A stretch of DNA of 64,000 nucleotides, from assembly GCA_964247055.1 (NCBI GenBank), contig OZ176052.1, positions 3,286,001 to 3,350,000 on the forward strand. The letters are read 5' to 3'. A program made the position numbers and the translations under genes. Below are positions 24,101 through 35,544 of the stretch, in pieces. Source of the DNA: Paragordius varius (Eukaryota > Animalia > Nematomorpha). Numbering within the stretch: the stretch's first letter is position 1; each line of letters begins with the position of its first letter. The notes below the pieces were generated by a model. The model was given only the letters and a program-made list of their open reading frames with translations, made no database searches and was not told where the DNA came from.

Positions 24101-27100
24101 ATATTTTTTTAAATTAATATTTGTAAAAATGAAACTTTAACATAATACAGGGAAAATTATAAACTATTCTCCATAAATATATATGAGTTAGATTTGCCCA
24201 AAACATAATTTATTTTTAGAGTGAATTTGAAATGTTTAAGGATAAATTTTAGGTGTAATTGGTATATTATTAAATAGCACGCAAAGCTATCCTCTGTTGT
24301 TAGTTCACCAAGGGTAATCCAGCTAACACCACGGGGAAATAGCAGTTATATAATTTAAGATCTTCATATATTATGTATTTAAAAACTTAGGTATCAATGA
24401 TGCGTAACTACGATGAAGATATTAATAAACTTGGAAGTGCCGAACAGTTTATATATTATTTGATTCGTATACCCCATTACAACGTTCTGATAGAGGGTAA
24501 AATTTCATAAACCGATTTATTTTAGGGTTATTTTGAAATAATTTATATCGTTTGTGATTTTATTTGAAATATCATTTATTTAATATGCATGCTCGATTTT
24601 TTAAGGATTATCCGCTAAAGAAGATTTTTTCCAAAATGTCGAATGTTTGAGTAATCAAATGGACTCGCTCCAAAAAGTGTGTCAACAACTGATGGACAAC
24701 CAAAATTTGGAAAAATTTCTTTTGCTAGTACTGAAGATTGGAAACTTTTTTAATGCAGTTTAGTAATTTAAGTATAACATTTTTCTGATGGAGCTATTTA
24801 AAATTAAATTTTAATTGGTATTCTAGACAAAATTTGTATTATTAATAAGCTTTGCTAAAGAATAAAGTATATTAAGTATAATAGACTATTCCAAGAATAT
24901 TTACTACAAATTCTAAACTTGTGATATAAATAAGACATTGTAATTTTTAAACTATTTTGATGTTTATGGAACCGAAACATATACTCAAGCACTGTTTAAC
25001 TAAAAACTATTTTTAGAATAGTTTTTAAAAAATTTTGATTTATTAAATTATTTAACTTTGCTACAATTTTAATTTTTTTGAATTAAAGTAATTTTATATT
25101 TTTAAGAGAAATTAAATTTTTTTAACCGGAAGCAATTTGTTTTTAACTGTTTTTTGAATTGAACGGTAATCACAGAAAAAATATTAACCCCTTATATTTA
25201 TAATCGTATATAAGTTATCTATTCGATATATTTTGAACAACATTTTTCACCTGATATTCAACAAAAAATTTTACAATCGAAACATCTCAATTATGTTATT
25301 GATTGTACATAACAATTTTAACGTATTCTTTTATTTGAAAATAATTACAAAAATTTTAAGTTAAAAAATAGAATATATTGGTGTATATTAATTAGAATAA
25401 CTATGCTGGGAATGCCCTTGGTTTTAAAGTCTCATTTCTATGCAAATTAATCGATATGCGCTCCAAGACACCTCGCATGACTCTCCTCCACTATATACTG
25501 GATATGGCAGAAAAAATTGATGCCGAAATTTTGGATTTTCCTAAACAACTTTCTGGTCTGCGAACTGTACAAAGGTAGTTAATAAAATACTTTCAGAAAC
25601 TGTTGATAAGGCCAGAATAATAAGCTAAAATTTGCGCAAGCAATATATTTTTTCACAATATTTTTCTTTGGGTAGAATAAGCCTTGATGGTTTACAGACA
25701 GAATTGTCGGACATTGAAAAGAATATACTGAAGCTGGAGAGTGATGTTAATTCCACACAGGATTCAGAATTGAATCAGATATTTGCAATGTTTATCAATG
25801 TAATTATACATCTTACAAATATACCTTATCCTTCATGATTTGTCATTATTTTGTAAAACAAAACCACAAATTTTAAAAATAATATATTATCTAATTTTAT
25901 GGAAAGTCCAAACATCTTTTTATTTTATTTTATTTTAAAACATAAAGGCAGCAAAATTAGCAATAACGGATTTGAAATTGAAGTTAGAAGAAACTCAAAA
26001 TCTTATAAAACATTTGGCTGTCCGATACTGCGAAGACGAAACAAAATTCAATCTCCAAGATTTTTTAACCATGTTTAGCACATTTTGTGATAAAGTTGAA
26101 CAGGCCAAAAAGGTTATCATAAAAACAAACAATATCATATATATATATATAACATGGATAGGAACCAAAACTAAAAAACTTAACGGTTTTAGAAAAAAAC
26201 ATTTCATTTCTGTGTTACCCGCCTAACCGTTACCTTAAAAAAGATAAATTTAAACTAGTTTTAATAAAATCAGGATTTTTATTCTAAGTTAGATTTTAGA
26301 ATATTTTATTTACAGTTTCGTCCACGGTTCTATTATGAAACTTCTAAGGTTTATATTATATTTAGCAGAAACATATATATCTTTCTGCTTTTAACGTTTA
26401 TATCAGAAAGTTTACTTTGACAAAAATTAATCCATCGTTAAATTAGGATAATACCCAACGTAAATTGAGAGCTGAAAATGAGCAAAAACGAAGATCTAGG
26501 CAACCCAATTTTTCCACCAAAAACTCAAATACATCAATATCTTCATCAAGTAATTGCGAAAATATATAATTTTTTTATTCTTTTAAATGGTTATTAAACT
26601 AATTGTTTTTAAAATTATGCCATTTAAATTTTCTAACAAAGTTCTTTGAATTAAATTGGGGTAGTTGGATAGCTCAGGCTTGGTTAAAATTAAATACTTT
26701 AAAAATATGGAAGGAATCGAAATCATGGCAAAAGTTTGCACTTATATAACATTAATGAACCGAAATTAAAAAATTAATTTAAAAATACTTAATACTGCTT
26801 ATTTTAAGGTAAAACCCAAACGTAAAAATTTGTCGAGACTTGAGTGGATTAGTTAAATTTAAAAATAATACAAATTATACGACTTTTTCTGTTTCTATCA
26901 ATCTTAGATGTGAATCAAACAAAAAAGTAGCTTTAGTTTTAGTTTTAAAATTAAATAACACGATATTTCACATTTGTTGATTAAAATGGCGCCGAAGTAG
27001 TTTGATATCGAATTTCGAAACTAAATTTTATATAGATATTTCGGCTTATTTATATAACTTTTATTAGGATACAAACATAAATTTAAATTAAGACCGTTTC

Positions 27101-27199
27101 TTTCATTAGTTGTTTAAAATATCAACTTAAATATAACCTGGGGTGTTTAGATACCCCCATTTTGAATCGAAGTGTTAACTCAATAAATAGTCCGCTATG

Positions 27200-27253
<54 letters not shown>

Positions 27254-27509
27254 TGGTGGCAAACCTGGTAAAGTAATCGAAGAAGAAGAAAATTTGATTG
27301 AAAAGTTAATGAATGAAATCCGTCAAGGAGATTTTAAATTACAACATCATAATTATGGTAACAACAGCCCTTCGCCATCTATTTTTCCACACTCCAATGA
27401 TTCTTACAATAGCAAAGATAAACAGAATCAACCTGAAAACCTTGCATCTTTCGTTATAGACTCCCACGATAAAATTAATCTAGACACGGTTCCTGCCGTT
27501 GCAAATTAA
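18147..27509 (+). CDS. INF2: Inverted formin 2-like (FH2 plus C-terminal WH2/DAD motif), ~1315 aa model
   Basis: Phase-consistent exons: 18147-19110, 19568-19692, 19780-19915, 19990-20114, 20905-20978, 21076-21114, 21248-21296, 21402-21460, 21536-22224, 22336-22623, 22903-23051, 23716-23880, 24391-24496, 24606-24757, 25396-25574, 25676-25799, 25948-26112, 26447-26549, 27253-27509. FH2 motifs: MKTLNWTKLP, LLDYKRSMNVNILLKQFK, LVLKIGNFFN, ALGFKVSFLCKL, RMTLLHY, YCEDETKFNLQDFL. LIEKLMNEIRQGDFKL resembles the INF2 WH2 (VIDALLADIRKGFQL). The FH2 part is secure. The start codon and the joining of exons before 21536 are less certain. Confidence 0.82.
20583..20860. mobile_element. MITE with ~75-bp TIRs and TA flanks (Tc1/mariner type)
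   Basis: CATAAAAACTGAAATTATACGGACAAAA..AAAAGACAACCGTACTT is inverted as AAGTATGGTTGTCTTTT..TTTTGTCCGTATAATTTCAATTTTTATTG, with TA on both sides. It sits in a formin intron. Confidence 0.8.
23148..23396. mobile_element. Degenerate hAT-type MITE in a formin intron
   Basis: Left end TAGTAGTTCCCAAAAGGGGGGCGC resembles hAT ends of the CAGTGGTTCCCAA type, and GGGGCGC/GGGGCGT motifs recur. The right TIR is eroded. Confidence 0.35.
24291..24347 (-). ncRNA. Degenerate, 5'-truncated relic of the same HDV-like ribozyme family
   Basis: cctctgttgttagttcaccaagggtaatccagctaacaccacggggaaatagcagt aligns without gaps to 5478-5533 (cctctgctgttcgttcaccaaaggtgatccgaccaacaccgcggggaggtagcagt). P4 and the catalytic C (CUAA) are kept. 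The P1 5' strand is missing. Confidence 0.72.
26637..27174. mobile_element. piggyBac-like TTAA MITE, copy 1 (last formin intron)
   Basis: Colinear with 63087-63641 and inverted relative to 52210-52785. Right end GATACCCCCATTTTGAATCGAAGTG|TTAA; the left end is eroded. Confidence 0.7.
27203..27250 (+). repeat. (AT)n microsatellite immediately before the last formin acceptor AG
   Basis: About 48 nt of pure AT repeat followed by AG|ATGGTGGC. Confidence 0.95.
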
Positions 27510-28526
27510 TTTTTGTATCCATAGATATAAAATTTGAATAGAGACCAAAACTTTAGTGTTACGTTAAAATTCATCTCTCCTAATCTAGTCAATGTGTTAA
27601 AATTTTGATTTTTAAGATTTTTCATATTTTTTCCTTACATATAATATTTAATCACAATACGAACTATTTTGTTTAAATCTTACCTTAGTCTACAATAAAA
27701 ATTAATAAATATTGTTGTATCATATAATACGAAATGTTAATTAATTTTAATAAAATTTTAAAAAACTTTAAATAAATTTAATTTAATTACGCCTTTTTTA
27801 TCCGACAATTATCAGATAATTACAGTATCAAAAGCGGCTAAAACAAATACTCCAGTCTAAATACGGAGTTTAATGGTGGACTTAAGCTCGTATACAAAAA
27901 TAATAATATTATATAAACATTTTTAAAATAATTAAAATTATATATAATGATTAATATAATTTGGCGTGAAACATATATGGTTTTAATAGTGCTAATTTTT
28001 TTTGATTTTAAATAAATTAAGTGTCATAATTGGCTCATAAGACTCCAAACCAAAAAGACCAATAAAATCCTGATAATAAAAATAAATTTTTTATGATGAT
28101 AATTTTTTGTATTGCACTGTGTAAAAAAAGTAAGAATCAGTTTAAGCTTATTATTATTACCTAAAGCATGTAAAAATTACATTTGCTATTATTTTACAAT
28201 AAATCAATTATTAATGGTTACAATGTAATACCATGGTATGATTGCCAATAAGTCTTATATTATTAATACCTCAAAATTACAAGCAATATAAATATTATAT
28301 CATATTATAGATATGACATTGAAAATAATTGGGTTCAATTTAGCAAGAGGATTTATCTAGGAAATAAGGATATTAAATTAAATAAAAATTGTATTCATTA
28401 AAATTCATTATCACACTTAATATAATGTGTATGCTTTTGAAAACTATCCAATTAATTATTAATAAAAGAAAAAAAATATTGACATAAAAAATATTTTTAT
28501 TACAATCCTACCCGGCGGCCCTGTAG

Positions 28527-31464
28527 ATGAGATATTATTTCAAGGGTTCCCCCTTGTTTTTTGTACCATTATTGATGATGGTATTTCGGCTACCTAATTA
28601 TATATACGGTTTAAGAAATTTTCCTAAAACACACTTGATTGTATTTAAAGACATAAATATTGGTGCTTTATATGAAATCTATGATCGTAACTCAAGCCGT
28701 GGAGTTATGTGTAGCAATACTTTTCACGATTATTCCATTGTTAATGGGTTAAGCGTCCTCTACACCTTGAGTGAATGGAATAAAAATTTATTCGTGCCAA
28801 AATACAATATTAGCATTGGGGTTATCATGTTACCAACATGCCAAAAACAAGGGACATCACAGGTAATGAATATGTACTTTAATAAACTTTAATATACTTT
28901 TATATACCATTTACAGTTCACATTCACCCTTGAACAATTCAAATTGACCCTTAAACAATTTAAATTCACCCTAAAAATAAATTATGTGTTTTCGAAGAAC
29001 TAATATAATTCATTATTAATAAAAAATTTATCTTTAGGGCATATCAGTATTATTTTAATTTAAAACATTTTTAATTTTTAAAAATATATAAAAATATAGT
29101 TAATTTTTAAACTTAAAAAACACATTTAATTTTAGGGTGAATTTGAATCGTTCGAGGGTGAATTCAAATTGTTCAAGGGTAAATTTGAATTGTATATGAT
29201 ATATACGCAATCGTGGATTCGTTTTGTTTTTATTGTATTTCAAAAGTTTTATCCCAGATCTTTATATCGATCGATATGAAATGCTAATAAATTTATTAAA
29301 TTAATCAAAAAAAGTGATTCAGCATAAACTAAAGCAACAAAAATTGTTCTTTACAGCGCGTTAATATAGAGATTAAATCAAATTTTAAACAAAAAAATTT
29401 TATATTCTATTAGAACCGAATAAATTAGGTTCGCTATTTGGCAGCCTTGATTTTTAAAATTCTAGTCATTAAATAATTTTAAACCCAGCATTTTGAATAT
29501 TAGCAATCGGCCAAAATAAATTTTAGCAATCAAATATAGATATAAAAACTTATGCTTCCCAAATTTTTTATAGCTACAAAGCATACGACTTGGTAACACA
29601 CATCAAAGATTGATGTTGAGAGGCATAATAGGTCCCGTATCCACTTACGAATCTAGGATGGCGTCTCCCATTTTAGGATTCCATCGTATTCCTCATATAA
29701 GTCCCGAAGTCAATTCGGCCCAATTGAGAGGAAGAGTGTAAGAAATTAAATTTTATTTCTGACTTTTGTTCTTATTATGAGATAATTTGATATTTTTTTA
29801 TGATAGGTATGATCATCTTTTTACCATTTTGACAAGTCAAAAAATATATTTGGATGCTATCCTAAATCTTTTCGTCTATTTTCGATGGAATCAGTTTACA
29901 CTTATATACACGGAGGCTCCTTTTTACCAATGGTTTGTACATGAATTGCATCGTAAACTACCAAAATTACGGATTTGTATGTTAGATGTCATCATGGTAC
30001 CTTTTGAAGTCATTTTTACTGACACGTACAGTAAACGATCTGAAGCCATAGAATCTGCTTTTACGTCTTTAATGGAAAGGAATGATCAACAATTAGTTTT
30101 AATGCTTTGTTCTCCCAATCATGTGTTGTATAGTTTGGCCCTTCTAAAGGCTCTAAATCAACACTATGCAACCAAACTCATGTTTGTCGGTATTGACACT
30201 TGGCCATCAACATATAATTTGGTGAGACACAATCTGACAGATTATGCGGTAGGATCTATCATTATATACGATATAACGGTAGATACCTCGTTATTTCGTT
30301 CATGGCTAAAAAATGTGTCGAAAAGTAGTCATAACCTAATACAACATCCATGGATCACTCACCTTCAACAAAACTTAGCCAAGTTTGGAGAGAAGGCTGT
30401 GGAAGCAATAGTTGATGACCGAGTTTCAAATAATATTGATGCCACATCTGCCTTGTTATATGCCATTATTAATATCATTGAAATGGAATGTAAAAGATTT
30501 GTGAGCACCAACAAGCGCGAGTTATTAAAGTGTATCATGAAAGCTGATTTAAGGGCACATTTACTTAATGTTAGTTTTGTCGGATTGACGGGACCAATCG
30601 CTTTTCGAAAATCAGCTAATGTAAAAAATAACCATATCCTTAACTATGGAAATTATTTAGCTTTTGGTGTACAAAAGATTTATCATATGGAACGTGTGGC
30701 ATATGTTTTGGATACTGGTAAATTAACTCTTATACGCCCATTTATATGGCAAAACTATAAATTTTTCGTTCCTCAAGAGGCCCCATCGTTTCGTTGTAGT
30801 TCTCCTTGTAAACCATACGAACAGCCCATAACTGGAACTAAATTGTGTTGTTGGTCTTGTAGGGCGTGTGGCAGGCGCCAAATTTTTACACCAAATCATC
30901 TATTAGCCAATAACAGTTTTAATCCTTGCATGGTGTGTCCTACTTTCACATGGCCCGTTTTTAATCGTACCTATTGTCAACCATTACCTGTACGTAGATT
31001 AATATCTTTGAAGTGGTACCCCTTTTTTATATTTGCATCAGTGTTAGGTTTGATTTTAGCAACATTTCTTATCATTTACTACTGGTTCAAGGCGGGAAGC
31101 GACAAATTTCAATTCGAATATCGACCTATACTTTATGTCCAATATCTCGTCTCTATTTTAGGATTCATTGCCATCTTGTTACTTATTTCACCGAGAACAA
31201 ATAAACGCATGTGTGGAAGTGGAACATTTTTATATCTTGTATCCATAACAATTATATTTGGAATTTTGTTAGGCAAACAGTATATCATTCTACGCAAACA
31301 GCGTGCCAAAGGAAAATCTGCAAAATCTATTGAGAAAATGGGATTTTTACTAATAACCATTGTGGTGATTGTACAAGTAATTCACTTTTGTCTTTCCTTC
31401 CACAATTATAATAACAAAATTATAAAAATTTTCGATACCTTATATATTCACATATTGTTTTTAT

Positions 31465-31510
<46 letters not shown>

Positions 31511-32279
31511 CCCCTTGGGTTAGATTATTATGATTGGTGTCGATTATTCAAACGGTACTTCAGCTCATAGGATTGAAGTAATACCACAATCATTTACGTC
31601 TTTCCCCAAATCAGAAATGGTTGAAACTAAAGACACCACATCCATTCAAAACAACTTTTTAGGGAAAATGATTAGATCAAAATTTGCCAATGCCTTTAAT
31701 CCAGCTGCCTATGTGGAAGAATTTTGTTCGTCCTATTTGTGGCCAATAGGTTTGCTTACCATTGTGGTGATATTTCACATGATACTTATAATCATAATAC
31801 TTATACAAAGTGTAATTATATATCATACATTTTTCCTGCGTTACAAAGAAATAACGTTCCTTCAGATTCAAACAATCATTACAATAGCGGCATATGTAGT
31901 GGGCATAGTTTTATACTATATATGGACAGGTTTAAAAGCCCAAATCTGTATTCTCATGGTATTTTGCATCATACTTTTCGCGCAATTGTACTTTTGTTAC
32001 CAATTTATTATACGGGGGCGTAAACTCTCTACGTCAGGAAATTCCTCGCCGCGATCAGATGCAAGTACGCCCCAAAAAAGATTGTCTCCATCAGAAAACG
32101 AAACGAAAAAATATTCATTCGATAATAATAATAATAATTATAATAATCAACAAAATTTTGAAAAAAACGAGGTTAATCCGCCAAAAGACAACCATGAAAA
32201 TGTGGGACCCCCAAATGAAATGATACCAAACACAATTGAAAACCTAGAACAAAGAAAATCGATTATCAAAGATCAATGA
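28527..32279 (+). CDS. Class C GPCR paralog 1 (signal peptide, Venus flytrap, 9-Cys domain, 7TM), 941 aa
   Basis: Exons 28527-28862, 29574-29737, 29807-31376 and 31524-32279 total 2826 nt and are open. Motifs: DINIGALYEI, LPTC, RGIIGP, IPHIS, FRWN, FVGIDTW, CSSPC..CCWSCRAC..CMVCP..YC, seven hydrophobic helices, LLGKQYII in TM3 and YKEI before TM6. Confidence 0.92.
28914..29192. mobile_element. MITE with ~80-bp TIRs built from ~21-bp internal direct repeats, TA TSD (Tc1-like)
   Basis: TA|CAGTTCACATTCACCCTTGAACAATTCAAATTGACCCTTAAACAATTTAAATTCACCCT is inverted as AGGGTGAATTTGAATCGTTCGAGGGTGAATTCAAATTGTTCAAGGGTAAATTTGAATTG|TA. It lies in GPCR1 intron 1. Confidence 0.82.
31468..31507 (+). repeat. 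(AT)n microsatellite in the last intron of GPCR1
   Basis: About 40 nt of pure AT repeat, 15 nt upstream of the acceptor AG at 31522-31523. Confidence 0.95.
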
Positions 32280-33075
32280 GCAAAATTATAAATATCATGT
32301 TAAATATTTGAATCTTTTTTGGTTATCCCTTGTGTGACCTATTTTAGTTTTTGCATATAGTTATAACTGAAGTCAATAAATATACTGAATGGCTGTTATG
32401 TTAATGGATCTTTAAAAGTTTAATATATATTTATTTATATATATAACGCTATTTTTATCGGTAACAAATAGAAGACAGTGAACACAGTTTTTTAGTTTAT
32501 GTTCCGTTTAAAGATTTTACTTATCAGAAGTTGTAAAAAATGGTAAAATAAAATAAAACGGTGTTAATGGCAAGCATTACATTAATCTCTTAATATTGTT
32601 TAGAAAAACCAATATAATAATAATAATAATGACTAACATTTTAAATTAATCAAATACTGATTAGTATAAAATTATTGGAACTTATATATAACTTTTTAAA
32701 AAGAAATTAAGTTTATATTTAAATAGTTTTGCATCGCTATAATATTTGACTCTTTTATCAAAACTAGATGTATATTATGGGCTGTAACAAAATATAGAGC
32801 AATCATTTAGAGGTTATTTAAAAGAATTTATATTAGTGAAAAAGCAGCTTGTCACACCTGGTTTACAAAAAAATCATATGTTCTGTCCTATTAAAAGAGC
32901 CAAAATATATGAATAAATTATACTAAATTACTCATTTCTAAGGAGAATTTTTAATTGGTAAATTCAATTATAAAACCTTCTTCTGTATTGGATAAATAAC
33001 TTAGATATTTTAGATTTTTTAATTTTTAAAGTCTCAAATCATAGCTCCACAACACGATTGAAATGAACACAGATA

Positions 33076-35367
33076 TCTATATAATTATGAAAATGGAAAA
33101 TGCTGGCTTTGTAATCTGTTTCCGAAAAACCGGTATACCCATTCAAAAAACGTCGAAAAAATTTAATCATTAATGAATGCCCCGACTATAGCTTCGCCCT
33201 TTTACTGAATTAGGCCCTTAGTTCGGGCCCACCCCGTGTAAAAAACAGTTTTTTTTGAAAACAGTATGTCCACAGAAATCGTGTCTTTGAGACAATTTTC
33301 CGGAAAATGTGTTGGACCATTTGATTTCAAATATGATTTTTTAACTTATTTTTGATTGCGCCGAACATAGTCGACCCGCTCCCCTCTTAAAAAGCCTTTT
33401 TTTTTAAAACCAAGTCCACAAAAATAATTTTTTCAATCTATTTTTCGCCCAAGGTTTGAGACCATATAAATTCAATAAGGTATTCCCGGTTAAAAGGCAA
33501 AAATTTTAGTCGTGCGCTTTTTATATTGGCTTCTGGGTATGGAGATACCCGCTAAAAACTACCCCGTCATATCGAAATAGCTTGCCTTTGGGACTAAGTT
33601 CTAGAAAACTCAGGTCATATGAGTTTAAAAGTTGCTTCAAATATTACCCATAACAAGGCAAAATTTAGGTAGTGGGGTTTTTTAAAATAAGCCGTTAATT
33701 AGGCCCTTCAGGGCCTGATAAATGCGCCACCATAGAATTATTTGTTTTGAGGCAATTTTACCAAAAACTATGAAATTATATGAATTAATCAGATTCCAAT
33801 CATTCTCCCTAAAATGCCAAAAATTTCGCTTTTGTATCAGCCTCTGGGTAGGGAGCTACTGGCCTAAAACTGCGCCACCATATCGAAATTGCGTTGTTTA
33901 GGAGTTAATTTCAGAAAACTTATCAGGTCACTGAAATATTATTCGTAAAAGGCAAAAATTTAAGTAGAGCGGTTTTTAAAAATTTGCCGTTAATTAGGCC
34001 CTTTACGCCCTAAAAAATCGGCTATCGTTGAACTATTATTTAATTTGAAGCCATTCTTCCCAAAACTATTGATCGGGTTTTCCCCTATAAAGGCAAAATT
34101 GTTTTATTGAACGTCCTTTTTATATTGGCCTCAGGGTGGAGGGCTATCTGCCTACAACTGCGCCACCATATCGTTACAGCGTCACTTTGTAGACAAGTTT
34201 TTGAAAACATATTAGGACATATGAGTTCAATAAGGGCTTGAAATATTACCGGTAAAATGCAAAAATTTAGTTAGAGCGGCTATTAAATTACCCCTTAATT
34301 AAACCGTTGCCCTAAAGCATGCGCCACCATAGAATGATTTTTGGTTTCGAGGCAATTACGAAAATCGCATAGCACATGGAGTCAATCATGATTCCAGGTA
34401 TTACCCAAATTGAGGCAAAAATTTTAATCGGGCGTTTTTTTGTTGTGCCCTGGTTGGGGGCTACCCGCCTAAAACTGCATCACCATATCGATACATTATG
34501 CCTTTGGAGCCGAATTTTAGAAATCCTATGAGACTAATAGGTACACATGGAATCCATGATAATTCCAGATATTCGCCATATAAAGTCTAAAATTTTGCCC
34601 AACGCTTTTTTTATACCTGCCCCTGGGCAAGAAGCTATCTGCTAAAAACTGCGCCATTATATAGAAATTCCGTTGTTTTGGAGTTAAACAGAAAACTTAT
34701 GAAGCCATATGACCTCATTAAGCTTGAAATATTACCCGTAACTAGGTAAAAATAAAGGTCGGGCGTTTTTTATTAGCCAATAATTTGGGGTCTTTGTGCC
34801 CTTAAAAGACACCATCATATGACTATTATTTAGTGTTGAGGTATTTTTTCGAATAACTCATGAGACGTCAAAGATGATTCCAAATATTTGCTCTATAAAA
34901 GCAAAGATTTTAACTCAGCGCTTTTTCCATATAGGTCTATGGGTAGGGGTCTACCGATTTAAAACTGAGACGCCATACAAAAATGGCGTGGTTTTGGATA
35001 TAAGAAGCCATACGAGTTCAGTTCAACACATTTCTGGGGAATTTGTATAATATCATTTTTTCCTTTGAAAAGAGACCACAAATGATTTACTTTTTATATC
35101 CCTTGATCCCAATTGTGTGAACACAATTAATAAAACTTTTAACCATGATTTCGTAAAACGAAAATCTTAAATTTAATATGGGATAGTTAAATATGGTCGA
35201 TTTCAAGCAAACAATATTTGAGTCTATGCAAAACCCGTAAAAGAATATTAAAGACATCCTTTTTAATAAATATGTTTTTTTATTTCCATTATCTCTATTT
35301 ATTGCAAATTATTAAGAATAATTATCGGTGAAACTACGTCACAGCGAAGCGTGACAGGACCAGCTAG
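33076..35367 (+). mobile_element. Non-autonomous Helitron (~2.3 kb)
   Basis: The 5' end is A|TCTATATAATTATGAAAATGG. The 3' end has the hairpin GTCAC-A-GCGAAGC-GTGAC (35338-35355) followed by CTAG|T (35364-35368). It is inserted between A and T with no TSD, and no Rep/helicase ORF is visible. Confidence 0.8.
33440..35000 (+). repeat. Tandem array of ~150-170-bp monomers inside the Helitron
   Basis: The motif (c)taaaa(a)ctgcgccaccata recurs near 33555, 33724, 33872, 34020, 34160, 34321, 34476, 34650, 34800 and 34960, each followed by catatgag..aatatt.ccc.taaaaggcaaaaattt variants. Confidence 0.88.
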
Positions 35368-35544
35368 TTAAACCAATAAATATCAATAATTTTTAAGCTT
35401 TCCTAACTTAAATATTTTTTTAACCATAATATACATCTATTTGCCTGTTGTATTGAAAAAAAATATAAGGAAAAAATGGCAGTGAAAAAGTTTGAGTTGA
35501 GGTTTTACAATTTTAATATTTAAGGATTTTTTATATAAGTCACC

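Noticed and set aside
33440-35000. CRISPR-like repeat/spacer array
   Set aside because: The monomers are long, diverged along their whole length and lack unique spacers. The context is eukaryotic, inside a Helitron, with no cas genes.
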